From Hemiscyllium ocellatum (taxonomy: Eukaryota), in the NCBI RefSeq assembly GCF_020745735.1, contig NW_026867487.1:2480001-2544000 (forward strand): a DNA stretch of 64,000 bases, read 5' to 3'. Under the pieces are notes generated by a model, which was not told where the DNA came from, searched no databases, and saw only the letters and a list, made by a program, of their open reading frames with translations. The position numbers and the translations under genes are program-made. This document shows positions 61,639 to 64,000 of this stretch, one piece after another. The number at the start of each line of letters is the position of its first letter. Position 1 is the stretch's first letter.

Positions 61639-61727
61639 GTAGGCAATCAGATCAGAACTTAAATGACTGAACTTGTAATCTCGTGAGAAATGATGAAATA
61701 GCTTTTTTATTTGCCCATCCGTTCCAG

Positions 61728-62045
61728 TTGAGCCAAAAAGTCCCAAGGTCAGACTGCTGCTTGTACCACCGCAAGACAGCAAGGATAAAAACACAATCAC
61801 ATTTGTGTGTGTGATCACCGAGTTCTACCCGGACCTCGTAAACGTCTCCTGGGAGAAAGACGGCACTCTGATCTCCTCCAACACCAGCGCTGGACTGACT
61901 GCTCTAGAACAGGCACTGACATTTCGTGTCAGGCATTACCTGACTGTGAGTGCAGAGGAGTGGAGGAAAGGCTCAGTTGTTGTCTGTACAGTGTTTCATC
62001 CCTCCTCCAATTCCACCATCAGTGCCAGACTGAAGAACATCGAAG
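61728..62045 (+). CDS. IgW: IgW CH4 exon (VEPKSPKVRLLL...FVCVITEFYP...VSW...VVCTVFH...NIE)
   Basis: Open C1-set domain; 89-bp CH3-CH4 intron. Confidence 0.94.
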
Positions 62046-62636
62046 GTAGGCTGTTGGGCGTAAATCCAACATAGAAATCACTTATCCTCACTGCTAAACT
62101 CTATTAGGACCACTCAAGTTCAACATGAACAATGTACATGTCATAGCCATAGTGGGTTTGTCAATATGTTCCAAAATACTTCACTGTTGATCAAATGTGT
62201 TTTTAGCAGTGCCAATGTAAGAAATATATGAACTGATTTCTGCACAATAAGGGCCCACAGACAGCAATATAATAATAACCAGAGAGGAGGGAGAGTGGCC
62301 ACAGAGGAGACCTCCCTTTCTCTTGTCTGAACTTGCAGCCAGGAGATCTCTTTGGTATGTGTGTTGAGGGGCCTTATGTTTAATGTTTTGTGTAAAAGAC
62401 GGCATGTCTGGCAGTGCAACATTCTGTAGGGTCTATTTCGGTGCTGTATGGCTCTTTGACCCTCTGACTGGTGTTTCCATTCACACAACAATGTCGCTGA
62501 GTCATAACTGCCCTCTGAAAGAGCTGAGGAAGGTATTAGTTGTATGTCTGGTGGTGAGCATGAATTGTCATCTTTGCAACTGGCACGCACATCCCACTGG
62601 GGAGTTAGGAATTAATAATTGTCATTCTCCTCCCAG

Positions 62637-62957
62637 ATGAATGTTTGGATTCCAGAATCTCGGTCACCATAAGCAAGCCTCCATTTGAAGAGATCTGGAG
62701 GAACAGAACAGCAACCATTCTTTGTGAAGTACTTCACACTGATTTAGAGGGAGTCAGGGTAACCTGGAAAGTCGATGGAATCATGAGACAAGATGGAGTG
62801 AAGACCCAGGGTCCCAAGAAGGATGGACATAAAGAGATCATCTTCAGTAGACTTACAGTCCCTGCTACAGAGTGGGAGAGTGGGGTAGAGTGTATGTGTT
62901 TGGTGGAGGACAGAAGTTTACCAACGCCAGAGAAGAGGTCAATCAGGAAAGCCCAAG
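62637..62957 (+). CDS. IgW: IgW CH5 exon (DECLDSRISVTISKPPFEEIWRNRTATILC...VTW...ECMC...KAQ)
   Basis: Open C1-set domain with CCCAG acceptor and G|GTACG donor. Confidence 0.94.
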
Positions 62958-63745
62958 GTACGTGTGCATGGAACTATGCAGCTAATCTTAGCAAATGAAG
63001 TGATTTAATTCCAGAATGCTGAGCAGCCTAACACAGGTTGTCAGACTATGTTACAAGCCCAGCGATATGTGCAAGCCCCATCAAGAAACTGAACAGATGA
63101 AACCTGAAATCACCACAGCAGCCTTGGTGTGAATCACACTAGCTCCTAGGGAATGGATTGATGGCAATAGGAGAGACAGATAGGGATTAGCAGGATTTTC
63201 AACATTACCATCCCATCAATCCAATACTAGAGTGTAAGGGAGATTGGTCAGCCTGAGGTGGAGGCTGGATCTGAGCAAATCCACCTTGAGGAAAAGGAGA
63301 AAGAGCAGAGAGCACCACATGAGAATAATTCCTGAAACCTCCCTGTTGACCTCAGGAAGTGGTCCTCCATGGTTTATCTCAGAAACAGTACACTTTGAAA
63401 AGATGCCATTTGGTCTATCTTGTCACTGTCAGCTCTTTGAAATAACTCTTCAAATGATCCCATGAATCATCAGCTCCATCTCAGCAACCTTACCATTGTC
63501 TACTTTTCAATTTTATGTCCAATTCCCTGCTGAATGTTCCTCTTTAATTTGCTTCCACCCACTTTCACACTGTGCATTCCAAGTTAGCATAAAGAACAGA
63601 ACAAATCAAATTCAGTTAATAACCCACCAGTTCATTTGCCATTCCTCTGAAAAGTCTGTTCTGACTCGCTTGTCACTGGAAACAGTTTCTCCATGTTTAA
63701 TGCATGTGTAATATGAAGTCTAACCTCCATTTTCTCTGTTTACAG

Positions 63746-64000
63746 TTGATGTTAAGACTCACCCTCAAGTCTTTCTCCTGCTCCCTTCACCGGATGAGAT
63801 GGAGACTGCTCACACTACAACCCTGGTTTGCCTGGTCACTGGATTCTCTCCCGCAGAGATCGACCTGGTTTGGATGGCCAATGATACCCTTCTGAAGACA
63901 GGGTTCATGCACCAGCCAGTGACCGAGGACGGCAGAGGTGGCTGGAATTCAGGCAGTCACTTGACGGTCTCTGCAGAGGAGTGGAACAGCGGCACCACGT
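63746..64000 (+). CDS. IgW: IgW CH6 exon, partial (VDVKTHPQVFLLLPS...LVCLVTGFSP...LVW...LTVSAEEWNSGTT), truncated by the window end
   Basis: TTTACAG acceptor, open frame to the window edge. Confidence 0.93.

Overview
Cartilaginous-fish (shark; the repeat content suggests a carpet shark, which is inference) genomic DNA. The right quarter holds one unrearranged IgW heavy-chain cluster on the + strand: leader (47116), V, D1, D2 and J with 23 / 12-23 / 12-12 / 23 RSSs, CH1, CH2, a Cys-rich short-form secretory-tail exon, then CH3, CH4, CH5 and the start of CH6, which runs off the window. All visible exons are open and splice in phase 1. The upstream 46 kb is almost entirely repeats: a Tx1-type LINE remnant, two decayed Gmr1-like Gypsy elements (IN before RT) plus a third gag fragment, many CR1/L2/Rex1 fragments, HE1-type SINEs, several minisatellites, and a 10.2-kb array of a 39-bp unit whose giant ORFs are repeat artefacts. 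The most notable unexplained structures are short, often palindromic, TSD-flanked insertions carrying minimal type-I hammerhead ribozyme cores of the Penelope-like type (two appear intact, at 52178-52213 and 27964-28000), a satellite apparently amplified from a Deu-SINE core, the polarised higher-order structure of the 39-bp array, and several oddities in the IgW constant region.
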